NCBI GenBank assembly: GCA_032230565.1
Contig: JAVXWL010000102.1
Location: 21,743-85,742, forward strand
DNA from: Pseudonocardiales bacterium
GTDB lineage: Bacteria; Actinomycetota; Actinomycetes; Mycobacteriales; Pseudonocardiaceae
Length of the DNA stretch: 64,000 nucleotides
Direction: 5' to 3'
Shown here: in pieces, positions 35,290 to 45,116 of the stretch
Layout of the letters: each line of letters begins with the position of its first letter
Numbering within the stretch: position 1 is the first letter of the stretch
Program-made: the position numbers and the translations under genes
Notes under the pieces: generated by a model
What the model saw: the letters and a program-made list of their open reading frames with translations, nothing else
Databases searched by the model: none
Told to the model about the DNA's origin: nothing

Positions 35290-36364
35290 GGGGTAGCCCG
35301 TGCGGCTGCGCCGCTTGTGAGTGGCGTTGCCAGCCATAGCCGTATTTACCACTCACAAGCTCGATCCTTCGGAGAATCGAGCGAATCCGCCAACCCCACA
35401 GCGGCGCCAGCGCGTAGCCGGGATAGGACGCCAGCCAACTCGCACTACCCAGGCTGACGGCATCCGCGCCAGCCCAGAAATACTCCCGGCAGTCGTCGAA
35501 AGTTCTGATTCCGCCGGTCGCGATCACCGGCAGGGTGATCCCCGCGTCGCGCAGCTCGGCTACCACTCGCAACCCGATCGGCTTCACCGCCCGGCCGGAC
35601 AGACCGCCGTAGCGGTTGGCCAACAACGGTTGGCCATTCCGCGGGTTCAGCCGCAGGGCTCGCACCGTATTGATCGCGGTGAGCGCGGAGACTCCGGCGG
35701 CGGCGGCGCGCCGGGCGTGCCCGACGTAATCCCGGTCCGGGGACAGCTTGAGGATTACCGGGTGCCTGCTCGCGGGCACCGCGTCGGCGAGCACCCCGTC
35801 CAAGATCGGTTCGAAATCGTGATCGACGTTCGGGCAGGAGACGTTGAATTCCACGGCCGCGATGGCGCCCGTGGGCACTGCCGCGTTCACCGCGTCGACC
35901 AGGACCGCGAACTCCTCGGCGGCGAACCCGCCCACTGAGATGATGGTGTTCTGGTCGCGGGTACGCGGGTAGTAGTCGCGCAGGTAAGCCTCGATCCCGA
36001 CGTTGCACCAGCCAAAGGCATTGATCCAGCCACCGTCGACCTCGCGCAACACTGTGGCGTAGCGGCGCAGTAGGCCGGGCAGTGCGCGCAACGGCCAATC
36101 GGTTCGGTTGGTGAAGTGCCCGTCGCGGGGCTGCACCGTCAAGGTCCTGGTGGTGACCGCGCCGAAACGTTCCAGCGGCACGAACCGGGAGATCGGGCTC
36201 ATCCCGTAGGGCACCAGACCCGGGTCGGGTGCCCCGTAACCGAGCAGGCTCGACGAGGTGACCAGCCGGTTGCGCAGGCGGATATCGCCCAACCAGACTT
36301 CGCTCACCGACCCTCCCTGCGGTCGCGGGACCCCCACAGGATAGGTCGCACTCGCACGGGCCAT
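35282..36364 (-). CDS. dihydroorotate-dehydrogenase-like (class 1 type) flavin TIM-barrel protein
   Basis: 360 aa with EFNVSCPNV (a class-1 style catalytic Cys loop), [11 protein letters not shown] and ATGGI. It has an extra tail of about 50 aa and overlaps the uvrC start by 8 bp. Confidence 0.6.
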   Translation of the reverse strand: MARASATYPVGVPRPQGGSVSEVWLGDIRLRNRLVTSSSLLGYGAPDPGLVPYGMSPISRFVPLERFGAVTTRTLTVQPRDGHFTNRTDWPLRALPGLLRRYATVLREVDGGWINAFGWCNVGIEAYLRDYYPRTRDQNTIISVGGFAAEEFAVLVDAVNAAVPTGAIAAVEFNVSCPNVDHDFEPILDGVLADAVPASRHPVILKLSPDRDYVGHARRAAAAGVSALTAINTVRALRLNPRNGQPLLANRYGGLSGRAVKPIGLRVVAELRDAGITLPVIATGGIRTFDDCREYFWAGADAVSLGSASWLASYPGYALAPLWGWRIRSILRRIELVSGKYGYGWQRHSQAAQPHGLPHG

Positions 36365-36380
36365 CTCGCCACTCCACCGC

Positions 36381-36437
36381 GTTCAGCGGGCTCAGGGGGG
36401 CTATCGGGGCGTGCACACCCCGATGAGCCTGCTGAAC
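36381..36437 (-). other. 57-nt nested hairpin just upstream of the DHOD-like start
   Basis: The outer arms are gttcagcgggctca / tgagcctgctgaac (14 bp, 1 mismatch). The inner stem is atcgggg/ccccgat. Confidence 0.4.
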
Positions 36438-36516
36438 GGTCTGGCGGTGGTTCCGGAAGCCCACCGCGCGGCGCAGGCAGTCCGCGAGGTCGAGGGCAGC
36501 GCGGCTGCCCGGCGAA

Positions 36517-36541
36517 GCGCCATTCGGAGCCGAATTGCGGC
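36517..36541. repeat. short palindromic intergenic repeat, copy A
   Basis: The sequence is gcgccattcggagccgaattgcggc. Its 17-nt core cgccattcggagccgaa (36518-36534) is identical to 48615-48631. Confidence 0.6.
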
Positions 36542-36556
36542 TGCAGGTAGGGCGTC

Positions 36557-36584
36557 GATCGCCATTCGGGGCCGAATGGCGATC
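36557..36584 (-). terminator. perfect 13-bp-stem palindrome directly after the nitrobindin-like gene; related to the repeat family
   Basis: The sequence is gatcgccattcgg-gg-ccgaatggcgatc. It lies 7 nt downstream of the stop at 36591. There is no U-tract. Confidence 0.5.
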
Positions 36585-36590
36585 CCGAGT

Positions 36591-37208
36591 TCAACCGGCG
36601 ATGCGTGCCAGTTGCGCTGAGAGGTGGGGCTGCAGGGGTAGGCCGCGCAGCGCGCGCTCCTCAGCGTAGACGAGGTCACCATTTTCCAAGATGCCGTACA
36701 GCCGGGCCGCCGCAGTCGTCTCGCGGGCCGTGTCGGTCCGGGTGATGGCGTCGGTTTCGAGTTCCCACGCCGTCTCGCCGGTTCGACCACCGTAGTAGAT
36801 CTCGCAGATGCCGAACATGTGCGCGAGCACAACCTCGATGGTCTCCTCCTCGTCCACCCGCCACCACCCGACTTCACGGGCCGCCGGGCGCAACACCGCA
36901 CCGGATGAGTTCAGCAGCCACGCTCGCGCCTCGTAGACCAAAAACGGCCTGCCGTCATGGGCGAAGGTGATCTGCTGGCCGTAGCGGAACTCGCCGAGTA
37001 GCGACGGGTACTGCGCCAGACCCTCGCCGCGCCAGACCCCCAGCAGTGGCGCGAGCGGCTCGCATTGCGGGTGTAACTCAATGTCTTTGCCCAGCGTGAC
37101 GGCGTCCATGCTGATCGGCAGATCGTCAAACCAGGGCAGGGTTCGGTCAGTGGCACCGTCGCCCGCGTCGGTGTCTGGGCTGGTGTCGGACACATCGCTG
37201 TTCACCAC
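36591..37208 (-). CDS. nitrobindin / FABP-like heme-binding beta-barrel protein (DUF1794, UPF0678)
   Basis: 205 aa with LLGVWRGEG...YPS...F.Y.Q.ITF.HDGRPFL.Y, the typical THAP4/nitrobindin pattern. Confidence 0.75.
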   Translation of the reverse strand: MVNSDVSDTSPDTDAGDGATDRTLPWFDDLPISMDAVTLGKDIELHPQCEPLAPLLGVWRGEGLAQYPSLLGEFRYGQQITFAHDGRPFLVYEARAWLLNSSGAVLRPAAREVGWWRVDEEETIEVVLAHMFGICEIYYGGRTGETAWELETDAITRTDTARETTAAARLYGILENGDLVYAEERALRGLPLQPHLSAQLARIAG

Positions 37209-37471
37209 TGAATCCGATCACGAATCGGCCCTCTGCGCTAGGCAACCGATCGGCCGTAACCGCGTCCTTATCGGTGTTCTTTCGGGTGATTCATCCGGGA
37301 GGCACCGCCCGCCGCCGATGCTGAGGGGCGGACGCGTCGGCCCCGGCCGGAACCGGACACCCTCCCCCCGCCCGGGGCCGGCCGGGTCACGCGTAACTGG
37401 TGAATAACACACTACGTACGGACTGCATCGCAGCGGTAAGCTCATCCTCGGTTACCGAGGGGGTCCCTGTG

Positions 37472-37918
37472 ATGCATTTGTTTCGTCATGCCGTGATATC
37501 ACTCACCATTGCCGCTGGATGCGCGCTATTCACTCCCGCGATGGCGGCCGCCGCCCAGTCGGCTGCCGCACCGTGCGGAGCGTCGGCATCGGCCTGTATC
37601 AGTCTCAGCAGCCACCGGGCCTGGCTGATGAGTGGTGGTCAGGTCACCTACGGACCCACCGCGATCACCTCCGGCAGGCCGGGTCAGCGCACGCCGCCGG
37701 GCGTGTTCCACGTGTTATGGAAAGATAAGAATCACCGTAGTTCAGAATTCAACAATGCTCCTATGCCCTACTCTGTGTTCTTCACCAGCAGTGGTATCGC
37801 TTTTCATGAGGGCAGCCTCAGCAGGGCATCTGCCGGGTGCGTTCATCTCAGCCACACCGCTGCAACCACATTCTTCAACCAACTGTCGGTTGGCCAGGTC
37901 GTGCAGGTCGTGAGCTGA
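37472..37918 (+). CDS. minimal secreted L,D-transpeptidase (YkuD) domain protein
   Basis: It has a signal peptide and the catalytic motif FHEGSLSRASAGCVHL (H...C). The ATG at 37472 is preceded by gaggggg. It is a paralog of 51859-52326. Confidence 0.8.
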   Translation: MHLFRHAVISLTIAAGCALFTPAMAAAAQSAAAPCGASASACISLSSHRAWLMSGGQVTYGPTAITSGRPGQRTPPGVFHVLWKDKNHRSSEFNNAPMPYSVFFTSSGIAFHEGSLSRASAGCVHLSHTAATTFFNQLSVGQVVQVVS

Positions 37919-37920
37919 GG

Positions 37921-38565
37921 TCACCACCGCGGGCAGGGCGACGTAAGCAGTGCCCGCAGCGCGGGCAGCAGGGAACGCAGCGCCCGGCCGCGGTGCGATA
38001 GGGCATCTTTCTCAGCCGGCTCCAGCTCGGCGGAGGTACGCCGATCACCATCCGGCACGAAGATCGGGTCGTAGCCGAAGCCGTTGCGGCCGCGAGCTGC
38101 CCGGGTCAGGGTGCCGCGCCAGTGTCCGCGGACTACGGTCTCGGTCCCTGACGTATCGGCCCCGCACGGTACGACCAGCGCTGCGGCGCAGACGAACGCT
38201 GCACCACGACGATCTTCTGGCACGTCGGCCAGCTGATCGAGCACCAGTTGCAGGTTTGCGGCGTCGTCACCGTGGCGGCCGGCCCACCTGGCCGACAGCA
38301 CCCCGGGCATTCCGTTGAGCGCGTCGACCTCCAGCCCCGAGTCGTCGGCGACCGTGGCCAGCCCCGTAGCTGCCGCCGCGTCGCGGGCCTTGGCCAGCGC
38401 GTTGCCTTCGAAAGTGGCAGCGGTCTCCGGGCTCTCGGGGAACGGCGGCACGTCGTCAAGGCCCAGTACCTCCACGCCGCTGAGATCCGTGGAGGCCAAA
38501 ATCCGCCACAGCTCGACTAGCTTCTGGGCGTTGCGCGTCGCCAGCAGCACCCGAACTTGGCTCAC
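37921..38565 (-). CDS. rdgB: non-canonical purine NTP pyrophosphatase (RdgB/HAM1)
   Basis: It shows LATRNAQK...DDSGL.VDALNG.PG..SAR and FGYDPIF. It overlaps the rph stop by 4 bp. Confidence 0.9.
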   Translation of the reverse strand: MSQVRVLLATRNAQKLVELWRILASTDLSGVEVLGLDDVPPFPESPETAATFEGNALAKARDAAAATGLATVADDSGLEVDALNGMPGVLSARWAGRHGDDAANLQLVLDQLADVPEDRRGAAFVCAAALVVPCGADTSGTETVVRGHWRGTLTRAARGRNGFGYDPIFVPDGDRRTSAELEPAEKDALSHRGRALRSLLPALRALLTSPCPRW

Positions 38566-39311
38566 GACCGGGGCAACTCACCCGGGTAAGGCTGGGCCAG
38601 CGCGGTGGCTTGAAGCGCGGTCAGCTCTTGGCAGCCCTTGAGCGCCACATCCAACATCTGCTCCAGAGTGGACCGAGCGAAGGTGGCGCTCTCCCCGGTG
38701 CCCTGCAACTCCACCAGCGCGCCGGTATCGGTGGCCACGACGTTCATGTCGACCTCGGCGCGGCAGTCCTCCTCATAGGGCAGGTCCAACCGGACCCCGC
38801 CTTCCACCACACCGACGCTCACCGCGGCGATCGAGCAGGTCAGCGGTTGCGAGCGGCGCAGCCGGCCGGCCGCCCGCAACCAGGTCACCGCGTCGGCCAG
38901 CGCCACGTAGCTACCGGTGATCGCCGCGGTGCGGGTACCGCCGTCGGCCTGGATGACGTCGCAGTCCAGCGAGATGGTGTTCTCCCCGAGCGCAGAAAGG
39001 TCGATACAGGCGCGCAAGGCGCGGCCGATCATCCGGCTGATCTCATGCGTCCGGCCCCCGAGACGGCCCTTGACCGACTCACGATCGCTGCGGGTGTGGG
39101 TCGAGGACGGCAGCATCGCGTACTCCGCGGTGAGCCATCCCTGCCCGGAACCCTTGCGCCAGCGCGGTACGCCCTCGACCACGCTGGCCGCGCAGAGCAC
39201 GCGGGTGGCTCCGCACTCGATCAGCACCGACCCCGCGGGCCACTGTTGGTAGCCACGGGTTATGCGAACCTCCCGCAGGGCCTCGTCGGTTCTACCGTCC
39301 GCTCGGGTCAC
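38562..39311 (-). CDS. rph: ribonuclease PH
   Basis: It shows [16 protein letters not shown] and [14 protein letters not shown]. Confidence 0.93.
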   Translation of the reverse strand: MTRADGRTDEALREVRITRGYQQWPAGSVLIECGATRVLCAASVVEGVPRWRKGSGQGWLTAEYAMLPSSTHTRSDRESVKGRLGGRTHEISRMIGRALRACIDLSALGENTISLDCDVIQADGGTRTAAITGSYVALADAVTWLRAAGRLRRSQPLTCSIAAVSVGVVEGGVRLDLPYEEDCRAEVDMNVVATDTGALVELQGTGESATFARSTLEQMLDVALKGCQELTALQATALAQPYPGELPRS

Positions 39312-39346
39312 CGCGCCAGCCTACCCATCCGCCGCACCGCAAATTT

Positions 39347-39393
39347 CACGACGGCCGAGCCGTCAAATGGCACGACGGCCGAGCCGTCAAATG
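39347..39393. repeat. two tandem copies (24-bp period) of cacgacggccgagccgtcaaatg, each containing a small hairpin
   Basis: The copies at 39347-39369 and 39371-39393 are identical over 23 nt. The second copy includes the stop codon (39387-39389) of the MBL gene. Confidence 0.8.
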
Positions 39394-40148
39394 TCATAGT
39401 GTGCGCCGGCACGGACCAACTCGGTCGGCCCGTCGAAGGCAGCTCTGGCTTCGGTGAGAACCTGTTCAGCATCGGTCCACGGTGGCACGTGGGTGAGCAG
39501 CAGCCGGCCGACTTGCGCCGCCGCGGCGGCTTCCCCGGCGTCCTTGCCGGACAGGTGGATCCCGCCAGGGTTGTCCGGCTGGTCCGGCCAGGACGCCTCG
39601 GCGAGCAGGACATCCGCGCCGGAAGCCAGCTCGACGAGCTGCGGGCACGGACCGGTGTCTCCGGAGTAGACCAGCGCGCGCCCCGCGTGGCTGATCCGCA
39701 CGGCGTAGGCGTCGCAGGGGTGCTCGACGCGTGCGGCGAGTACGCCGAGCGGACCGATCCTGGCCGTCGCGCCGCCGTAGGACCGGAAGGCGTAGAGGTC
39801 GGACAGGTCAGTCCGGTTGCGTTCGTCGGCGTTGGGTGCATAGGCAGCGATCAAACGCTCGGCTGCGTCTGGTGGCCCGTACACCGGCAGCACCTCCCCC
39901 GGCGGTGGGTGCGGGTGGTAGCGGCGGTACACGGTCAATGCCGAGACGTCCGCGCAGTGATCTGGGTGCAGGTGGGACAGGATGAGCCCGTCGAGGCTGA
40001 AAGGGTCGACATAACGCTGCAGCGCGCCGAATGTTCCGTTGCCCAAGTCGAGTACCACGCTGGTATCCCCGGCTCGAAGCAGATACCCGGACGCCGGCGA
40101 CTCCGGACCCGGCACGCTGCCGGAGCAACCCAGTACAGTCAGCAGCAT
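39387..40148 (-). CDS. MBL-fold metallo-hydrolase (Rv1339-like, possible cyclic-nucleotide phosphodiesterase)
   Basis: It has the HxHxDH motif SHLHPDHC. Its position between rph and murI matches mycobacteria. Confidence 0.8.
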   Translation of the reverse strand: MLLTVLGCSGSVPGPESPASGYLLRAGDTSVVLDLGNGTFGALQRYVDPFSLDGLILSHLHPDHCADVSALTVYRRYHPHPPPGEVLPVYGPPDAAERLIAAYAPNADERNRTDLSDLYAFRSYGGATARIGPLGVLAARVEHPCDAYAVRISHAGRALVYSGDTGPCPQLVELASGADVLLAEASWPDQPDNPGGIHLSGKDAGEAAAAAQVGRLLLTHVPPWTDAEQVLTEARAAFDGPTELVRAGAHYDI

Positions 40149-40160
40149 CGTCTTAGCATG

Positions 40161-40970
40161 TCAGGAACCGGCAGCGGCAGCTGTGGCCGTCATTGACGGA
40201 CCCAGGAAACGGCGGGCCAGCCGGGCGAAGGACACCGGATCCCCGGTCGCGGTGAACACGTGCTCAGGCTCCTGCATCTCGCCGCGCAGCAAGTTGGCCT
40301 CGTTGAGAACGCGCAGCACGTCTTTGGCGGTCTCTTCCGCGCTGGACACCAAGGTCACCCCGTCGCCCATGACGATCTGCAAGACACCGGTCAGCAGGGG
40401 GTAATGCGTGCAGGCAAGCACGAGGGTGTCCACATCGGCTCGCTGCAGTGGCTCAAGATAGGACTGCGCCAACCCAAGCATCTGGCGTCCCGAGGTCATC
40501 CCGCGCTCGACGAAATCCACGAACCGCGGGCAGGCCACCCCGGTCACCTCCACGTGCGGAGCCGCGGCGAAGGCGTCGTCGTAGGCTCGGGATCGGATCG
40601 TGGCCTGAGTCCCGATCACCCCCACCCGACCGGAGCGGGTGGCGGCAACGGCTCGCCGCACCGCCGGGCGCACCACCTCCACCACCGGGATGCGGTAGCG
40701 CTCCCTCGCATCGGCCAAGCACGCCGCCGACGCCGTATTACAGGCGATGACGAGCAGTTTCACGCCACTTGCCACCAGGTCGTCGGCCACTGCCAGGGCG
40801 TGCGAGCGGATCTGCGCGATGGGCAGTGGACCGTAGGGACCGTGCGCGGTATCGCCGACGTAGTACATCCGTTCGCGCGGTAACTGATCGGCGATCGCCC
40901 GGGCGACAGTGAGCCCCCCCACGCCGGAGTCGAACACGCCGATAGGGCCGTCCACACCGATCACGCGCAC
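40161..40970 (-). CDS. murI: glutamate racemase
   Basis: It shows [10 protein letters not shown] and both catalytic Cys motifs, IACNTAS and LACTHYP. Confidence 0.93.
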   Translation of the reverse strand: MRVIGVDGPIGVFDSGVGGLTVARAIADQLPRERMYYVGDTAHGPYGPLPIAQIRSHALAVADDLVASGVKLLVIACNTASAACLADARERYRIPVVEVVRPAVRRAVAATRSGRVGVIGTQATIRSRAYDDAFAAAPHVEVTGVACPRFVDFVERGMTSGRQMLGLAQSYLEPLQRADVDTLVLACTHYPLLTGVLQIVMGDGVTLVSSAEETAKDVLRVLNEANLLRGEMQEPEHVFTATGDPVSFARLARRFLGPSMTATAAAAGS

Positions 40971-41014
40971 CGACCCTACCCGAGGCGGTCTCCCACATTG
41001 AGCGGGTCGAGGGG

Positions 41015-42004
<990 letters not shown>

Positions 42005-42310
42005 CTATGACACTGTTTCGCACTCACGAGGCGGCGCGCAGCCGCCGGCCACCGCTGGCAGGATCGTCACGTTGTCACCATCGTGCACTGCGGCTTCGAG
42101 ACCCCCGGCGAACCGGACGTCCTCGTCGTTGACGTAGACGTTGATGAAACGGTGCAGGGATCCGTCTTTCACCAGCCGCCCTTTGATCCCCGAGTGGCGG
42201 GTATCCAGATCCTCGATCACCTCAGCAACCGTGGAGCCGGACGCGTCGACTGACTTCTCCCCCCCGGTGTGACTGCGCAGGATGGTGGGAACGGACACGG
42301 TGACGGCCAT
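42005..42310 (-). CDS. cysO: sulfur-carrier protein CysO (ThiS/MoaD fold) with an 11-aa tail after the Gly-Gly
   Basis: It reads MAVTVSVPTILRSHTGGEKSV...NVYVNDEDVRF...VTILPAVAGG followed by CAPPRECETVS-stop. I verified the tail from the DNA (ggc ggc tgc gcg ccg cct cgt gag tgc gaa aca gtg tca tag). Confidence 0.85.
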   Translation of the reverse strand: MAVTVSVPTILRSHTGGEKSVDASGSTVAEVIEDLDTRHSGIKGRLVKDGSLHRFINVYVNDEDVRFAGGLEAAVHDGDNVTILPAVAGGCAPPRECETVS

Positions 42311-42395
42311 GGTCGGATTCTCCTCTGGGGTTCGGTCTGCTCACCAGTACCACTACGCATAACCAACCTCGGGCATTCCGGGGAGGTCGAACCGA

Positions 42396-42851
42396 TCAGG
42401 ATGCGTCGGGGACGTCGTCGGCACCGGTATGGGAGAACATGTACGACTCGACAACCTCAACCGGCTCCTCGGTCACCTCGCCGTCGATGATGCGGTAGGA
42501 CCGCAGCTCGTGAGTGTCCGGATCACGAGTGGAGATCAGCACGTAATGTGCCTCCGGGTAACCGGCGATGTCGACATCGCGGCGGGACGGGACGGCCTCA
42601 GTGGCGGTGTGCGAATGGTAAAAGACCACCCACTCCTCGTCCCGGGATTCCAGCTCGCGGTGCAGCCGGATCAGATCTCCGGAGTCGAACTCGTAGAACG
42701 TCATCGAGCGCGCGGAGTTAACCATCTCGATAATCCGCTCGGGCCGGTCTGCGCCGGCTGGTCCCGCCAGGACGCCGCACGCCTCGTCCGGGTGATCCCG
42801 GCGAGCATGCGCGACCATCGCGTCGACGAGGTCCCGCCGGATCATCAGCAC
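42396..42851 (-). CDS. mec: JAMM/MPN+ metalloprotease Mec
   Basis: The JAMM motif reads E...HSHTATEAVPSRRD (HxHx7Sx2D). It lies next to cysO. Confidence 0.88.
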   Translation of the reverse strand: MLMIRRDLVDAMVAHARRDHPDEACGVLAGPAGADRPERIIEMVNSARSMTFYEFDSGDLIRLHRELESRDEEWVVFYHSHTATEAVPSRRDVDIAGYPEAHYVLISTRDPDTHELRSYRIIDGEVTEEPVEVVESYMFSHTGADDVPDAS

Positions 42852-42860
42852 GCCGCCATC

Positions 42861-43397
42861 CTACGTGCCAGCCAGCGCTTGGATGAGGGATTCTTGTACC
42901 CAGGTCAGCCAGTGGTACACCACCAGGTGCGGCGCGCGCGGGTCATCGGCGGGGAGCTCGTCGGGCATGTCCTCGGTCACCTCGAGCACAGTGCCCAGGG
43001 CCAATCGGACGTCGTTGAGCGCGGATAGCCACGCCTGCGCCTGCTGGTCGGTCAAGCGAACGCGGCCACCGCGCGCGGGGCAGGTGTCCAGAAGGACACC
43101 GGCCACGCCATCCTTGACGGCCAGCAGCTCGGGTTCGTGCAGGGCGCGCAGGCCGCCGGACAGGGTGGCGTCCTCGCGGTGGAAATCGGGGAGCAGCCGG
43201 GCCAGCACCCGGTCGGCGGGCGGCGTGGTGGGACCCGCGGTGATGCCGGTGAGTTCGGCGAGCTCATCGCGCGGCAGCGCCGCGACCCGCGCCTCGAGCA
43301 TCTCCCGGACCTGACCGACCATTCCCCGCAGGAGTCCGGCCTCCCGCTCCGACAGGTGCGCTACCAGCAGCCCGCCGCGACGCCGCCAGCCGTTCAC
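42861..43397 (-). CDS. DUF2017 domain protein (conserved ClpS neighbour)
   Basis: 178 aa. The start at 43397 overlaps the clpS stop in a GTGA arrangement. It is an acidic helical protein typical of this actinobacterial family. Confidence 0.65.
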   Translation of the reverse strand: MNGWRRRGGLLVAHLSEREAGLLRGMVGQVREMLEARVAALPRDELAELTGITAGPTTPPADRVLARLLPDFHREDATLSGGLRALHEPELLAVKDGVAGVLLDTCPARGGRVRLTDQQAQAWLSALNDVRLALGTVLEVTEDMPDELPADDPRAPHLVVYHWLTWVQESLIQALAGT

Positions 43398-43693
43398 ACG
43401 TCCCGCTGCATGGTCGCCCAAAGCCCGGCGCCGTGCAGCTTCGCGACATCGATCTCCACTTTGTCCCGAGAACCCTGGGTCACCACCGCCCGGCCCTTGT
43501 GGTGGACGTCGAGCATCAACTTGGTGGCTTCATCGCGGCTATATCCGAAGAGCTTCTGGAACACGTAGGTGACGTAGGACATCAGATTCACTGGGTCGTT
43601 CCAGACGATCGACAGCCAAGGCCGGTCCTGCGACCCGACCTCGTTCACCGCTGGGTCGACCTGGGTCTGTTCCAGTTCGACGGGTGTGGTCAT
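43394..43693 (-). CDS. clpS: ATP-dependent Clp protease adaptor ClpS
   Basis: It shows [22 protein letters not shown]...[17 protein letters not shown] trimmed to the ATG at 43693. Confidence 0.88.
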   Translation of the reverse strand: MTTPVELEQTQVDPAVNEVGSQDRPWLSIVWNDPVNLMSYVTYVFQKLFGYSRDEATKLMLDVHHKGRAVVTQGSRDKVEIDVAKLHGAGLWATMQRDV

Positions 43694-43734
43694 AGCACCA
43701 ATGTTCCCACCAACGCGGGCCATAAGCTCACCTG

Positions 43735-45018
43735 ATGCCCCGGTATACAGCGACCAGCACCGCACTGCTCACCGACCAGTACGAGTTGACGATGCTGGCC
43801 AGCGCGTTGGCCGACGGTTGCGCGTCTCGCCGCTGCACGTTCGAGGTCTTCACGCGGGGGCTGCGGGGCCGCCGATACGGAATCCTCGCAGGCATCCCCC
43901 GGTTGCTCGATGCGGTGGCTCGGTTCCAGTTCGGCGACGAGCAACTGGCGTTCCTGCACCGGATGCTTGACGCCCGCACCCTGGACTGGCTGGCCGGTTA
44001 CCGGTTCCGCGGCGACATCGACGGCTACCCCGAAGGGGAGCTGTACTTCCCCGGCTCCCCGGTGCTGACGGTGACCGGCAGCTTCGCCGAGGCGGTGATG
44101 CTGGAGACGCTGGTGCTCTCGGTTCTCAACCACGACAGCGCGGTGGCCTCCGCGGCAGCCCGGATGGTCAGCGCCGCCGGGCAGCGCCCTTTGGTGGAGA
44201 TGGGCAGCCGGCGCACTCACGAGGAGGCTGCCGTGGCCGCCGCCCGTGCGGCTTACCTGGGTGGTTTCAGTGCGACGTCCAACCTCGCCGCTGGGCAGCG
44301 CTACGGCATACCTACCACCGGCACCGCGGCGCACGCCTTCAGCTTGCTGCATGACAGCGAGGCGGACGCGTTCGCCGCGCAGGTGGCGGCGCTGGGCACG
44401 GACACCACCTTGCTGGTCGACACCTACGACATCAGCGACGGCATCGCTACTGCGATCGAGGTCGCCGGTACGGGACTGCAAGCGATCCGGATCGACTCGG
44501 GGGATCTTGGGGAGCTGGCCCGGCAGGCCCGTGAGCAACTCGACCGGCTGGGCGCACCGGATGTGCAGATCGTCGTCTCCGGCGATCTCGATGAGTACTC
44601 GATCGCGGCATTGCGCGCCGAACCGGTGGACTCCTACGGGGTGGGCACCTCAGTCGTGACTGGTTCGAGCCTGCCCACCGCGGGGATGGTCTACAAGCTG
44701 GTCGAGGTGGATGGGCAGCCGGTGGCCAAGCGCAGCACAGCCAAAGTTTCCCGGGGCGGATCGAAAAGCGCGCTGCGCCGGTACAAGCCCAGCGGTACCG
44801 CGGTCGAGGAGGTGGTGTTCTTGCAGGGAAAGCAACCGAAGCTGGAAGCACATGACCGGGTGCTGCCGGTGCCATTGCTGCGCGAAGGGCAGCCGGTGGG
44901 CTCGCCGCTCACCATCCAGGATAGCCGCGAACGCGTCACCGCGGCCTTGACCAGTCTGCCCTGGGACGGCCTACGCCTGTCCCCCGGCGAGCCGGCCATC
45001 CCGACCCTCTTCCTCTGA
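43735..45018 (+). CDS. pncB: nicotinate phosphoribosyltransferase
   Basis: 427 aa with [11 protein letters not shown] at the N-terminus and GTAAHAF. It lies divergent from clpS, as in mycobacteria. Confidence 0.9.
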   Translation: MPRYTATSTALLTDQYELTMLASALADGCASRRCTFEVFTRGLRGRRYGILAGIPRLLDAVARFQFGDEQLAFLHRMLDARTLDWLAGYRFRGDIDGYPEGELYFPGSPVLTVTGSFAEAVMLETLVLSVLNHDSAVASAAARMVSAAGQRPLVEMGSRRTHEEAAVAAARAAYLGGFSATSNLAAGQRYGIPTTGTAAHAFSLLHDSEADAFAAQVAALGTDTTLLVDTYDISDGIATAIEVAGTGLQAIRIDSGDLGELARQAREQLDRLGAPDVQIVVSGDLDEYSIAALRAEPVDSYGVGTSVVTGSSLPTAGMVYKLVEVDGQPVAKRSTAKVSRGGSKSALRRYKPSGTAVEEVVFLQGKQPKLEAHDRVLPVPLLREGQPVGSPLTIQDSRERVTAALTSLPWDGLRLSPGEPAIPTLFL

Positions 45019-45052
45019 GGCATCTTGAACTCCGGCGTTCCCGAACTCCACG

Positions 45053-45086
45053 GTGGTGCTGTCGCACGCCAACCCGGCAGCACCAC
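45053..45086. terminator. possible bidirectional hairpin between convergent pncB and the MOSC gene
   Basis: The stem is gtggtgctg (45053-45061) / cagcaccac (45078-45086). The loop is large at 16 nt, so support is weak. Confidence 0.25.
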
Positions 45087-45116
45087 GGTTGACTTCGGGG
45101 GGCTGAAAGCACCTGC

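Noticed and set aside
37209-37471. Possible c-di-AMP (ydaO-type) riboswitch upstream of the cell-wall L,D-transpeptidase
   Set aside because: I looked for the conserved ydaO elements (ACGGGG, CCCGAA, GCUAACCUCGUAAGC-like segments). I found only loose resemblances (gaatcc, gggtgattcatcc), which are not enough to call. A covariance-model scan would settle it.
39347-39393. Repeat as a CRISPR array
   Set aside because: There are only two directly abutting copies with no spacers and no cas genes. It is a tandem duplication.
38610-40196. 528-aa plus-strand ORF across rph and the MBL-hydrolase gene
   Set aside because: It is antisense to two well-supported genes and reads through the intergenic tandem repeat. 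Its composition is shadow-ORF-like.
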